64,000 nucleotides of DNA. Source: a virus. Its lineage: Duplodnaviria; Caudoviricetes. The stretch spans positions 17,920-81,919 of the IMG/VR virus record IMGVR_UViG_3300037608_000261. One strand, written 5' to 3'. The position numbers were made by a program, and so were the translations under genes. Within the stretch, counting starts at the first letter, position 1. Each line of letters starts with the position of its first letter. Under the pieces are notes generated by a model that saw nothing but the letters and a program-made list of their open reading frames with translations, was not told the DNA's origin and did not search any database. Below, one piece after another: positions 17,587 through 27,669 of the stretch.

Positions 17587-19152
17587 TTAGTATCTAATTG
17601 TCCACATAACGTTTATGTTGATGGGACGGGTTTCGGTGCCGCCAGTTGCCTGAGTTGATACATCGCTGCGGTTACCGGCAGCCCCGCTACCCTGCAAAGT
17701 AAACGTGCCGCCCGCACCATCAGGTGTATTCTGCACATGTGAATGGCTTTTGAAAGCATCGCCTTGATTTGTCCCTACGTAGTCGCCGGTAGTCCCGTCG
17801 CCTCTGTTTGTACGGGTTGCTCTATCCGGGTCAATAGTTTGTCCATGCGCCCAGGCACGAGCAAACTTACCAGGCGTATTAGGTAAATAAAAATGACTGC
17901 TATCGGCATACCCGTATATTGGCCCACCAAAATATGTATATAAGCGGGCATATGTTGTTCTGGACAGGGATACTCCATTAATCTCCAACTCGCCCGCATC
18001 CAAATCTGCTATAAATTTTTGTTGTGTTTTGCCAACATCTTTAAGATAAGATGGCGCCTCGGTGCATATTACAAAACTATCTGACACCAACGTGTGATCT
18101 GGACTATCTCCCGTATCATACTCATATTCAAACACAGCAACCATCTGACAATAATGGGACGCACTGCGGGTATATGTACTGCCAGCCTCTAACAGCATGT
18201 GTGATAGGTCCGTTATTGTCGTTGTCGTAGTAACATTGCGGAGAGTATAGTCGCGGGATATCGCCCATATAATGCCGGTTCCGTCCCATATCGCATACAG
18301 GCAAGCCCAATATCGTGATCCATTTAACGATGTTCTACCCCAATAACCAGCAGTATCAGCCAGAATGAATTGAGATGTACCGGATAAATACGCTGCCGCC
18401 CTTGAACGGATCGTGTAGCCGTTACCATCAGGTACAGCTATGGATATAACGTTATTAGCATCCGGAACCGCTCCACCGCTTTTTGTGAAAATATCGAGCT
18501 TATTCACGGTGGAGTTCGCAACAATTTTTAAATTTCTTACAAACCCAGCGCTCGCATGAGCCGTTACGTCTGTATTATGGTTTCCTACGGCTGTGGCAAT
18601 TTGGGTAGGGATGTTGTGTGCGGTTGTAGACTCATTGTGAGTATCTGCTCCTCCCCGGATATCCTCATGAGCTGTCTCCGATGCGTTATGAGTCACAATG
18701 TCCGAGACCTTTGCTATGGTCACAGTCGGATCGACAACCAGTGTGATAGCGCTTGCGTTTGAAACCTCAAAAATTAATCTTACGACAAGCTCTTTCCCGG
18801 CACCCTCAGAAAATAGAGGCTTATACGTTACGGGAAACTTTCCTACAGCGAAGAGATTCCCTGTGCCGCTTATGAGACCAGCTTCTCTTATGTACCACCC
18901 TCCTTCCGTAGAGGGGATTACCATCTCTGCTATCACCCATCCAGGGTTATCCGGGTCCGTGGTTACCGAGTTAAGCCCCGCCCTATAGACCTCATTCACA
19001 AGTGAAGTCTGCCCTTCAGATGGTTCATAATAGTTCCCGTTTCCGTCTCCCAGCACCATATGCGTCAATGCCACTGGGATTGAAAGCGAGATCGCAGAGG
19101 AATATTCTGCCTGTCCCAATGATGTCAGTATGTTATAAAATTGTTCCGACAT
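17587..19152 (-). CDS. Tail fibre protein (baseplate-attachment N-domain, collar domain)
   Basis: 521 aa; LTSLGQA...MVLGDGNG...GGWYIREAGL...FAVGKFP; collar YARLY...FYLPNTPGKFARA; C-terminal ETRPININV. Confidence 0.9.
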   Translation of the reverse strand: MSEQFYNILTSLGQAEYSSAISLSIPVALTHMVLGDGNGNYYEPSEGQTSLVNEVYRAGLNSVTTDPDNPGWVIAEMVIPSTEGGWYIREAGLISGTGNLFAVGKFPVTYKPLFSEGAGKELVVRLIFEVSNASAITLVVDPTVTIAKVSDIVTHNASETAHEDIRGGADTHNESTTAHNIPTQIATAVGNHNTDVTAHASAGFVRNLKIVANSTVNKLDIFTKSGGAVPDANNVISIAVPDGNGYTIRSRAAAYLSGTSQFILADTAGYWGRTSLNGSRYWACLYAIWDGTGIIWAISRDYTLRNVTTTTTITDLSHMLLEAGSTYTRSASHYCQMVAVFEYEYDTGDSPDHTLVSDSFVICTEAPSYLKDVGKTQQKFIADLDAGELEINGVSLSRTTYARLYTYFGGPIYGYADSSHFYLPNTPGKFARAWAHGQTIDPDRATRTNRGDGTTGDYVGTNQGDAFKSHSHVQNTPDGAGGTFTLQGSGAAGNRSDVSTQATGGTETRPININVMWTIRY

Positions 19153-19167
19153 AATTCTGGCTCCTTT

Positions 19168-19887
19168 TTATTGTGGCCTGACTTCAACTGTTTCCAAACC
19201 AAATGATCCGCCGACAATTCTTGTCCGCGTTGTGCTCACCTCAAGAGATGCCCGTGTATATGGGTTGACGGTTGTCGTCTCACTACTCATCTCTCCAATC
19301 GCGATTTTGGGCATGTTGTTACACGACAAAGAGGCATATAGGCGGCATCTATCAAAAACGATATGTAGAGGCAAGAGGCTCCTGCACCTTCGGACAGCCA
19401 AATTTGCAGTATCTTCAGAAATTGGAACACTTGACATATCGATCACGAGCACGCCCCGAGATGTGAGAAGGCAGTTGTCCACGCTCTCTCCCAATACCGC
19501 AACATGCTCGCTGGTGTAAAACGCATCCCCATAGTCTGCATCTGGAAGCATATACAGGGGTTTCCATTCCGCAACAACCCCGAGACGCACCATGGCTCTC
19601 ACAAGCGGAATGTCGGTTTCCTTTTGGTGTAACTCCATCTTACGCATAGCAGTGCTGACTGGGATGTTTTCCTCGGCAATACCATCTTCAAAATATGGAC
19701 CTATCTCTACGAGAAGCTTTTTTTGATTGGTCGAATCAGCCGTATAAATGGAACGTAGGTTGGCGATTACATCGTAATCAGGATCAAAATTCTCTGCCCA
19801 AAACTCCTGAATAGCCTCGGCCAATTCCTTCCACCGCGAGGAATCTTTCTTTACGGGCGATAATCTTTTCTTCAGCCAATTTATCAT
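19168..19887 (-). CDS. Baseplate protein (P1 gp16-like); start MINWLKK at 19887
   Basis: ATGA overlap with the bplA stop; position between bplA and the fibre gene matches P1. Confidence 0.7.
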   Translation of the reverse strand: MINWLKKRLSPVKKDSSRWKELAEAIQEFWAENFDPDYDVIANLRSIYTADSTNQKKLLVEIGPYFEDGIAEENIPVSTAMRKMELHQKETDIPLVRAMVRLGVVAEWKPLYMLPDADYGDAFYTSEHVAVLGESVDNCLLTSRGVLVIDMSSVPISEDTANLAVRRCRSLLPLHIVFDRCRLYASLSCNNMPKIAIGEMSSETTTVNPYTRASLEVSTTRTRIVGGSFGLETVEVRPQ

Positions 19888-21317
19888 ACGTAGCTCAACG
19901 ATATTGTGGTTGCATCCATGTCTATGCACACCATTTCATTCAGTTCTGTCGCTTCAATCGTTCCGGTACATACAACTTCAAAATAAGCCCCGCTTGTAGA
20001 GAAATACCCGGTAGAGTTAATGATGCTATAAAAGTCCTTTACTCGCACTTCTGTCAGGCGGCTCGATGAATCCTTGCCATAATTATTTTCCAGGATCTCC
20101 GTGATTGCTGACAGAACATCAGATACAACTACGGTGCGAGAAACCTTCCCTGTAATAGCAAGAGAAAACGTTGAAAAAACAGGGGCTACCCACTCAAATT
20201 TACGATTAAGAATATTGACATCGGCAAGCGCTTCTGTAACTTCGGTAGAAAGGTTTGGCCGGTCGGTTGCATAAGCGGAAACAAATATCTTGTTGATATA
20301 CTGAAGGCTTGCCCCATGAAGCGCTTCGGCTTCCTCTTCTCCCCACACTTTAATCCAAAGGATATCAGCCACTGCCCTTTTGATGAAAAAGATATAGTCA
20401 TCACGCCACACAAGTTTTTCGTTGTATATCGGCCAATATTGGAGATTCTGTCTCATTTCCTCGACTGTCTCCGCATCCTGCCCATCTGTGATAGCTTCTG
20501 TTGTGACGATGGTTAGGTCAACAGTTTCCCCGGCGACATCCAAGGCCTCTCCTACAACATACAATGATTGCCCCTCGGCCAAACTTGCATCACCATCGGT
20601 AAGCCGGAACACAATCTTCACCGAGACCCCAACGGGAAGGATGGTTCCAACGTAACTATTACCAAAACGAATCCCGGCTTTTCCCGCATGTGTATAGAAC
20701 TCATCGTAGACACGGTCTCCCTCGTATGCATTCTGGAAAAGGCGTGAACAGTTCCAAAGTTCATACCTAAGACCCTCTCCCATATCGACGTAAACATCGA
20801 ATTCATATATTCTGGTAGCCTGATCGAGCGTTAAATCACTATCAAGATCTTCATCAAAAAGGATTTCATAGAACACTTTTGCTTCTGTAACGACATGGGT
20901 AACTTCCATGTCGGACCTTTGAATAAATTCAACGGTGGCCGATTGGCCGGGGGTGAGGGTCAATGCTTGACTCGTAGCATAATCAAGGTCTGCATCGGAA
21001 GATAACGGTTGATAGGCAGGCAAATAAACTGTGTTTTCGCCATTGTTTGTGATCGTTCCGGATCCCGATCCCGGAGTTCTTTTCCGGGGAATGTACTCCC
21101 GGTCCTCAACGCGTGCCAAAATACTGGATTTGTTCAATGCCGTGGAGAGAAAGAATTCTTGATAAACTCGCTCTATCGCCCAAAGCGACTCTCTCAACGC
21201 CCAGCTCATAAAAACAGCAAGGTGGTTGACAAACTGTGATTTCGCCAAAGTCTTCCATGACGACTTCGCCGTGAGAATCTCTTTGAATTTCGCTATTGCT
21301 TCGTCTTTGGTTATCAC
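19884..21317 (-). CDS. bplA: Baseplate wedge protein (BplA / gpJ-like)
   Basis: 477 aa; EFFLSTALNKSSILA, GIRFGN, AITDGQDAETVEEMR motifs; P1 synteny. Confidence 0.85.
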   Translation of the reverse strand: MITKDEAIAKFKEILTAKSSWKTLAKSQFVNHLAVFMSWALRESLWAIERVYQEFFLSTALNKSSILARVEDREYIPRKRTPGSGSGTITNNGENTVYLPAYQPLSSDADLDYATSQALTLTPGQSATVEFIQRSDMEVTHVVTEAKVFYEILFDEDLDSDLTLDQATRIYEFDVYVDMGEGLRYELWNCSRLFQNAYEGDRVYDEFYTHAGKAGIRFGNSYVGTILPVGVSVKIVFRLTDGDASLAEGQSLYVVGEALDVAGETVDLTIVTTEAITDGQDAETVEEMRQNLQYWPIYNEKLVWRDDYIFFIKRAVADILWIKVWGEEEAEALHGASLQYINKIFVSAYATDRPNLSTEVTEALADVNILNRKFEWVAPVFSTFSLAITGKVSRTVVVSDVLSAITEILENNYGKDSSSRLTEVRVKDFYSIINSTGYFSTSGAYFEVVCTGTIEATELNEMVCIDMDATTISLSYV

Positions 21318-21667
21318 AGTTCTATCTTCTCCTCAAATATTCCAATGCGGTGCATGATAGTTATCCGGCACAAGTCAATTTCTGTGAATTCAACACTGAC
21401 ACCCTGTATGACTAAATTTTCAATATCTTGCGGCATTTTTGTCATGATACTCATTTCTGCCACGACATTCAGGTTGATACTCTGGGGTTCGTGCTTCAAC
21501 GCCATAAGGTTATGTCCCCACTCAGGGAGGTCAGCCAGAGTTCCCTGGGGAGTTTCCAGCCATTCAAATATCCGATCCTGTACGGCATCCTCATCACCAT
21601 ATTTTCTGACCTCCGTTGTCGGATTCAGTTCGAGCAAGTGGTCAAATTCTTCGATATAATTACCCAT
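21314..21667 (-). CDS. gp25/W-like baseplate protein (P1 PmgA-like)
   Basis: 117 aa; EWLETPQGTLADLPEWGHNL; lies between sit and bplA. Confidence 0.75.
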   Translation of the reverse strand: MGNYIEEFDHLLELNPTTEVRKYGDEDAVQDRIFEWLETPQGTLADLPEWGHNLMALKHEPQSINLNVVAEMSIMTKMPQDIENLVIQGVSVEFTEIDLCRITIMHRIGIFEEKIEL

Positions 21668-21668
21668 A

Positions 21669-24458
21669 TTACATCCTGTCGTATGCCATGAGAGTCAGCA
21701 TGGTGTCGTCAAATTCCGTCCGGATTACCGGAGATCCCGATTGCTCAGCATCATCTTTGCCCGACATCTTTGCAACGCTTGCATTGAGCTTTTCGAGGAC
21801 AGCCGTCAGCATACCGCTGATATCAGCGCCACCCTGCTGCAAAGACCCCTTTGCCTGTTTCGGTAGCTCTTCCATCTTTGCCATGGCTGTGGTCATTCTT
21901 TCCGGCTGGCTTACAGGCCGTGCAGGTGAACCCGTGGCAAGGGCTGTAACCGGTTCGGCGAAGTTCATTGCGCCATCGATAAGCTTTGCATCAACACCTT
22001 TAATGCCGGTTGCTTCCATAAGCTTTGCGCCCAACCCTTTAATGCCTCCGGGTGCGTTGAAACGTCCGCTTGCCGTGGGAAGAGCGGTAGCGACTGTCAT
22101 AGGCTGTGGCTTGGCTGCATCACTTCCGTCAGCAAACATACCTTCACCTTTATTCTTGAAAGCAGGTTTTGCAGTGACTGTTGCTATGGGTTTCTCATCA
22201 ACAAACATCCCCTCGCCCTTGTTTCTGAATGCAGTTTGTGGAGTGACGGGCTTTACATTATCACTTCCGTCAGCGAACATACCTTCACCTTTGTTTCTAA
22301 AAACAGGCTTTGTTGTATCGTCAGCTATCGCTGCTTCCATCGACTTTGACCCTGTGGGTTGCCTTGTTTCGAGCTTTGCGACCTGAACGGGTTTCTCCGC
22401 ATTCGCCAAAGGCATCTCGGCTTTACGGGCAATGATGGTCGGGACAGCAGGTGCTGCAGTAGCTCCCGATAGAGGGTTGGCTAAATCTGCTGCTGTTTTA
22501 CTTATGCCAAATTTTTCGGGGGATTTAGTTGCTAATATTGGTGACGCATCAACCGAAGGTGGCTGCTGCCCTTTATTAGCCAGCATGGAATTTGGATTAG
22601 CGCCTGCCGCTACTGCATTGTCAGCGTACTTAGTCCGCCACATATTGAGGAAATCACGAGCGCTCATGCCCTCCTTCCCACCGTTCACATTCATCTGCTT
22701 TCGCAAGGCATCGGAGACAGGTGCATCGTTCTTGCTCGCATCAAGGAGGTCTACGACCCCGCCTTTTCCAACTCGCCCGACGCCCAATTGATGGGCCATG
22801 TATAGATTAGAGTCGCTCGTCGCTATCCCTCTTTTTTCAAGTTGTTTTTTATTGTCGGCAGTCAGCCTCGCTGCAGCTTCAATATTGGCCTGGGGATCAA
22901 ATTCTTTCCCTGAAATTCCATATTGACGAGCCGTACCACCAACGAATTGATAAAGCCCCTTAGCGCCTGTCGAACTGACCGCGCGTGCATTCCCCTGGCT
23001 CTCAATGTGCATCATGGTCTTCATATAATCTTCCGAGACACCGTTTTTGGCTGATGCATCCTTCACCGTCCCGGCATACTCGGTGTCATATTTGTTCTGG
23101 AACTTGACATCGGGCTTTCCTTTGCCGGTTATGAAATTTCCTATAGCCTCTTTTGTGTCATAGACCTGCCCCCCGAGGTTCCAGCCTTTTTTGCCCGTAA
23201 CATTCTCTCCGGCAGCATTCACGGCATTGCTAATAGGGTTCTCTTTCCCGGTTACGGCAGAATACGCAGCGCTACCTACCGCTCCCGCCGCTGCAAGTCC
23301 GGCTGCAATCGTACCAAGAGGTATGGCTGCAAGCAAGGGCGCCACCTTTGCAACCATTGACCCCAGTTTCCCCATCATACCGCCGCCAGCACCACCACCT
23401 ATTCCGGGTATTTTTGCCATTCCAGGGATACTATTCAACTTATCAAGGAGACCTCCACTTCTTTTCCCTCCGGGTATCTTTTCCGCCTTAGCGCTTGCAG
23501 ATACCTGTTTCTTTCGCAGCACATTCCGGGCTTTTTCCCTCATGGTTGACCCTGGGCCTGTCTCTTTGGCCGGGCCTTTGCCCCCACTTAAAATGGCCTT
23601 GACAAGCTCTTCGTGCCTCTTTTCATCTTTATCTTCCGTGTTATTAATTGCTTCAATGATCTTTGCGGCCTCTGGGTCAAGAAAACGACTTTTCTGGTCA
23701 TGGTTGGCCTTGACGTCGGTTGCCGTCTGAGTGCCGTTTCCCCCCTTAAATTTTGTATACTTTTCTTTCAGCGTATTTTTCGAGTCTTTGAAATCATCAT
23801 AATGAGACTTCATCTCTACTACTGCGTCATACATTGGTCCCAATGTTGCCCGGCCCACAGCTTCCCGCATTGTTTCTTTTTTATCTCCTACGCCTCCTTT
23901 TGTCATATGAACAGCGAAAGCTGTTAGCGTCGCCAATCGGCCCCTGTTTTTCGGGGAGTTATCATTACTCTCGTCAACCTTAACGCCTTGTGCTCTCTGT
24001 TTACCCGTAAAACGACCACTTGCGTCTCTTTTCGGCTCAACAGTGACCACAGCGGTCTGCGAATCATCTATTGCAGCTCTCTGGGGACTTGCAAAGCCCA
24101 CAGGGGATGAAAATGTCCGTCTCTTCTTCGGGATAGCAGCTTTCTTTGCAGCAATAGCCATGGTAACGACGGCTTTATCCGCTTTTTGTCTCTGGACCTT
24201 CTCTTTATTTCCTGCTGGCGATTGTGCTCTTTCGGCACGGACTGAAGGAGGGGCGGATGGGGAGACTGATTCTCTGGTGTTGACAGTTGCACGTTCATGA
24301 CCGGCACCAGGTCCTGCGAGAAATGTTCCTCTCTTTTTCAGGGCAGCGGTATTGGCCTCTATCTTCTTGAGAAGAGGTAAGACAGTTTCATTGTTTATAT
24401 TCTCAAGTACTTTGAGAATATAAGAGAAGGTGATTATATCGTTCTTTTCGTCGCTCAT
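21669..24458 (-). CDS. sit: Tape-measure / structural lytic transglycosylase (Sit-like)
   Basis: 929 aa, Ala/Lys/Gly-rich; SLT motifs IESQGNARAVSSTGAKGLYQF and LYMAHQLG. Confidence 0.8.
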   Translation of the reverse strand: MSDEKNDIITFSYILKVLENINNETVLPLLKKIEANTAALKKRGTFLAGPGAGHERATVNTRESVSPSAPPSVRAERAQSPAGNKEKVQRQKADKAVVTMAIAAKKAAIPKKRRTFSSPVGFASPQRAAIDDSQTAVVTVEPKRDASGRFTGKQRAQGVKVDESNDNSPKNRGRLATLTAFAVHMTKGGVGDKKETMREAVGRATLGPMYDAVVEMKSHYDDFKDSKNTLKEKYTKFKGGNGTQTATDVKANHDQKSRFLDPEAAKIIEAINNTEDKDEKRHEELVKAILSGGKGPAKETGPGSTMREKARNVLRKKQVSASAKAEKIPGGKRSGGLLDKLNSIPGMAKIPGIGGGAGGGMMGKLGSMVAKVAPLLAAIPLGTIAAGLAAAGAVGSAAYSAVTGKENPISNAVNAAGENVTGKKGWNLGGQVYDTKEAIGNFITGKGKPDVKFQNKYDTEYAGTVKDASAKNGVSEDYMKTMMHIESQGNARAVSSTGAKGLYQFVGGTARQYGISGKEFDPQANIEAAARLTADNKKQLEKRGIATSDSNLYMAHQLGVGRVGKGGVVDLLDASKNDAPVSDALRKQMNVNGGKEGMSARDFLNMWRTKYADNAVAAGANPNSMLANKGQQPPSVDASPILATKSPEKFGISKTAADLANPLSGATAAPAVPTIIARKAEMPLANAEKPVQVAKLETRQPTGSKSMEAAIADDTTKPVFRNKGEGMFADGSDNVKPVTPQTAFRNKGEGMFVDEKPIATVTAKPAFKNKGEGMFADGSDAAKPQPMTVATALPTASGRFNAPGGIKGLGAKLMEATGIKGVDAKLIDGAMNFAEPVTALATGSPARPVSQPERMTTAMAKMEELPKQAKGSLQQGGADISGMLTAVLEKLNASVAKMSGKDDAEQSGSPVIRTEFDDTMLTLMAYDRM

Positions 24459-24462
24459 GCCG

Positions 24463-24660
24463 TTATCGTCTGGTTATCTTCATTTTTCTTTGCAACGCCT
24501 TATGCAGCGCAATTACCTTGCTCTGTGGCGACCTTCTTAACCCATCTATTGTCTGGTTCCCGTACAGGCACAGATTTTCGATTATGATGTCCCAAGACCG
24601 TTCGCTATAAACCTGGTATGTAGTTGATATTCCAAAAGGGATAACGCACTCGCGTTTTTC
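24463..24660 (-). CDS. Probable frameshift-accessed C-terminal extension of the tail assembly chaperone
   Basis: Overlapping frame ...SERSWDIIIENLCLYGNQTIDGL...ITRR ending 5 nt before sit; no RBS-supported start near the upstream stop. Confidence 0.5.
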   Translation of the reverse strand, partial: EKRECVIPFGISTTYQVYSERSWDIIIENLCLYGNQTIDGLRRSPQSKVIALHKALQRKMKITRR

Positions 24661-25384
24661 CACCTCCTCCGGGGCACTCATGGGGCGGCATAATGAGATA
24701 ACAACGGCCCTCGTCGTATTCCATATCAAGCCCATGCTTTATCTCGGAAAGTAGACCGGATACCATTTCTGCAAACACCGAAAAATCATCCAAAGACATT
24801 GCCAGAATCTTATCTCTGGTCCTGACTTTGATCTTTTCCCGGTCCCTTGGCGTTTTGTCTGTTCTATCTTCGAAAATTACCGACATGGTGAAGTATTCAA
24901 GGGTCATCGCGGCTTTTGCCTTTTTGTGCTCCAGTCCGCCAGGGGCAAGCTCGAACATGAGGCGCTTACGCTCCAGGTCTTCCATGTCCCATCCGGTAAG
25001 AGGATGAACTACAATGTTTTCATCTTTCCACTGACCCTTTCTCAGTGGGGACCCGTTGAGCGCCGTGTAATGGTCGCCAAGGACCCTGAAATCCTGTAAG
25101 TAGATGTGTTTTTCTCCACAGTACAGGCAATCGTAGGACAGGGCTATATCATGGTCTGTTGTGGTATGAAGCCAATGCCAGAAGAGGGCAAGACAGCGAT
25201 CTTCCGCCGTCCATTTCCTTGGGTCCCTGATGGTCCCCTCCTGCATCTTCCTCAAGAACAAGGTGGTAAGCTCTTCCTCGTGGCTATCATCCACGTCCGC
25301 AAAGTCCATGGCATCGGCTACTGTAGCGTCTCTCAGTTGTATCTGTACTGTCGGGTCTGATGCTAAGGTAAAAGGCGGTATCAT
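24605..25384 (-). CDS. Tail/baseplate assembly chaperone (P1 PmgB-like)
   Basis: 259 aa; CxxC pair (CLYCG, PPHECP); directly upstream of tape measure. Confidence 0.7.
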   Translation of the reverse strand: MIPPFTLASDPTVQIQLRDATVADAMDFADVDDSHEEELTTLFLRKMQEGTIRDPRKWTAEDRCLALFWHWLHTTTDHDIALSYDCLYCGEKHIYLQDFRVLGDHYTALNGSPLRKGQWKDENIVVHPLTGWDMEDLERKRLMFELAPGGLEHKKAKAAMTLEYFTMSVIFEDRTDKTPRDREKIKVRTRDKILAMSLDDFSVFAEMVSGLLSEIKHGLDMEYDEGRCYLIMPPHECPGGGGKTRVRYPFWNINYIPGL

Positions 25385-25387
25385 TAT

Positions 25388-25891
25388 TTATTCACCCCAC
25401 GATCTAAATTGTATGAAAGATATCGGAAACTCTAAAAATCCTTCAGAATCTACAGATTCTGTGATATCCCCCAGTTTGGTCGGAAACACAAACCATGTAT
25501 CTTGTACCTCATCATTTGCCAGGTTGATGCGTTCAGCCTTCCTGACATAGCCAGCTTCGCCATATGGCAAGTTAACCGTCCCGTCGTAGTTGATCATTTC
25601 TTTTGACCATGCCGTAAACCAGTCATAGATACGCCGATCCTTGTTATCTCTCATAGTCATGGAGAGTCCCACAGGAGCCGTTCCGGTAGGGTAGGTCAAG
25701 GTCTGCATTCCAGCCTTAATACTCTCTGTTTCTACCTCAATCGGGCTAAAAGTGATGTCCTTGACATAAATATCAAGATCATCCGGTGAGTTTTCGTCAT
25801 CAATATCGAGACGAAACTGCCATCCTTCCTGAAAAGGCGTCCGCACCAGTTGCTTGGCGATTAATCGCAGTTTATTGAAATCTTCTTCCAT
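25388..25891 (-). CDS. Tail-tube-fold protein (P1 Tub-like)
   Basis: 167 aa; WQFRLDI...YVKDITFSP...IYDWF...DGTVNLP. Confidence 0.7.
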   Translation of the reverse strand: MEEDFNKLRLIAKQLVRTPFQEGWQFRLDIDDENSPDDLDIYVKDITFSPIEVETESIKAGMQTLTYPTGTAPVGLSMTMRDNKDRRIYDWFTAWSKEMINYDGTVNLPYGEAGYVRKAERINLANDEVQDTWFVFPTKLGDITESVDSEGFLEFPISFIQFRSWGE

Positions 25892-26436
25892 CAGTACACC
25901 GTGGCCATCGGGATGATTGCCCGTGAATCTTCTATGGCCAGTTCAAGATTTTCCGCTCTGCTCCTCAGTTCTTCTTCAGACGGATATTCCGCCTGTATTC
26001 CCGTTGCCGTGGCTATCTGTCTTGCTCGTGCTGTATTAGGGATTGCGATCAGGGCCTCAAGGTAGTCACGAAGAAGTCCGATGGTTTCGGACGGCAATTC
26101 ATCGTCATTAATGTCCATGTCGCGCAGATTGACAAAGTAGGAGACGATATACGGCTTGACGCTCTTCCCGCCTTGCACAACTACCGTAACTGAGTCTTTG
26201 CTCACCTGATGCTCGTGCCACCGCCCTTCCGCATCCGCCACATATATAATCTCCAATAGATCAGCAGGCGCGTCTACTTCTGTGGCGTTGTCGTCAAATT
26301 GAAGCTTTCTGACCACCCCGGCTTTATCCTGATAGGTCCCAAGAGCCTGTTTTAACAGGTTCGTCAATTTAGCTGGTTCAAGATAAATGACCTGAAACTG
26401 GGTCTTGACCTGGTCAAGCAACTCATTTGGTGTCAT
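25891..26436 (-). CDS. Neck/head-tail adaptor (P1 PmgC-like)
   Basis: 181 aa; synteny upstream of tub-like gene; helical adaptor-like ends. Confidence 0.55.
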   Translation of the reverse strand: MTPNELLDQVKTQFQVIYLEPAKLTNLLKQALGTYQDKAGVVRKLQFDDNATEVDAPADLLEIIYVADAEGRWHEHQVSKDSVTVVVQGGKSVKPYIVSYFVNLRDMDINDDELPSETIGLLRDYLEALIAIPNTARARQIATATGIQAEYPSEEELRSRAENLELAIEDSRAIIPMATVY

Positions 26437-26439
26437 GAT

Positions 26440-26967
26440 TTATTCCCAGGGGAGCGTTTCCTGCTCCTCATCTGCCCATGTCACCCAGTTGCCGTGAATG
26501 GTCCCGGTCGGCTTTATCAGCGTTGTCGTGTCGTCGACCGACAGATCGATGGCGTCGATTTCAATCCAGGCATCTTCCATGACAACGGAGTTCGCAACAG
26601 CCGAGTCTGGAAGACTCTCTGAAATCAGCGCAAGCGTGACCTGCTTGTACTCTTTATTTTTCACCCACGCCCGTAAGGCCTCCAATGCCTTCCCGGAAAT
26701 AACTTCCTTAAAGGTGATAGTGATGTCCTGGGCGTTCATGAAGTTGCCCTGTTGATTGAACATCACTCCGTGGGGCCCCTTAGATTCAATCATTTCCCGC
26801 TTGAGGGCCGGAAGCTGAGTGGACTGTACGAGAAATTCAAGATCGGGATAGCCTTCAATGGTCATCCTGAAATCGTCGCCTTTTACTCCCTCGCCCATTG
26901 ATACCAATTTTTTATACGAATTCTTAACCAGCGGCACGTTTTGCCGAACATTGGATATGTTAGCCAT
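26440..26967 (-). CDS. Tail tube protein (P1 BplB-like)
   Basis: 175 aa; FRMTIEGYPDLEFLVQSTQLP...ITITFKE tube-family pattern. Confidence 0.7.
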   Translation of the reverse strand: MANISNVRQNVPLVKNSYKKLVSMGEGVKGDDFRMTIEGYPDLEFLVQSTQLPALKREMIESKGPHGVMFNQQGNFMNAQDITITFKEVISGKALEALRAWVKNKEYKQVTLALISESLPDSAVANSVVMEDAWIEIDAIDLSVDDTTTLIKPTGTIHGNWVTWADEEQETLPWE

Positions 26968-26988
26968 CTTTTTCTCCTCTCTTGTTTT

Positions 26989-27669
26989 TTACGGCCATGT
27001 CTGCCCGATGTTTTCCTTGTTCAACATGACCTTTGTGGATATGGACAGCGTTGCATCTGCCCTGACAAGATATCCCTCCTTGGTCTTCTCCTTATCCAAT
27101 GGCACAGACATTGATTCAATGACACAATTAGGAATCATCATGCGTCGACCGATGTTCAGAATAACGGGCTGAGGAATCCTGCCCCCCGGTATAGTGCCCT
27201 TGATAAGTTCCATCACGGCACCGTCTTTCTCTGATCCAGCCGAGACATTGGGCCCCATCATCTTTTCGAGCTCGCGTAGTGGAAACATGACTTCTTTCTG
27301 TGCATCGTTAATGGCATAGAAAGAAAGGGTCAAGTTAAAGGTGTGCGGCCTGTTTCCTTCCCATATTTGTGTTGATGACAGCGTAGTAACTGATGTCTTT
27401 CCGGTTGCCGCCTGCAAAAACCCTCCCGTTTTCTCAAACATTCCCCCGAGGCTGCTTTGCTCGAACGGGCTGTTCCAGTTGGCCTGCAGGGACCGGGTTG
27501 TTCCCGGCCCTATCAGACCAATAACGCAAATACTTATTTTGCTTTCCTCATCCGGCTGGGCGATCCACGCCTTCAGATAGGGGCTTACCTTATCGTCGGC
27601 GTTGCCATATATCTGTAAACTTCCGGCTTTGCCTTGGGCGGTCGTCTTTTCAGCATCTGTCAGTGCCAA
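26989..27669 (-). CDS. Tube-initiator/baseplate protein (P1 PmgG-like)
   Basis: 226 aa; QIWEGNRPHTFNLTLSF...VILNIGRRMMIPNCVIESMS. Confidence 0.6.
   Translation of the reverse strand: MALTDAEKTTAQGKAGSLQIYGNADDKVSPYLKAWIAQPDEESKISICVIGLIGPGTTRSLQANWNSPFEQSSLGGMFEKTGGFLQAATGKTSVTTLSSTQIWEGNRPHTFNLTLSFYAINDAQKEVMFPLRELEKMMGPNVSAGSEKDGAVMELIKGTIPGGRIPQPVILNIGRRMMIPNCVIESMSVPLDKEKTKEGYLVRADATLSISTKVMLNKENIGQTWP

Noticed and set aside
17026-19152. Invertible tail-fibre segment (cin/cix) or DGR
   Set aside because: Single fibre and chaperone; no invertase, reverse transcriptase or template repeat seen.
21616-22386. 256-aa plus-strand ORF (likewise 39676-40308 and 44808-45479)
   Set aside because: Antisense shadows of well-supported genes, with no motifs or RBS.
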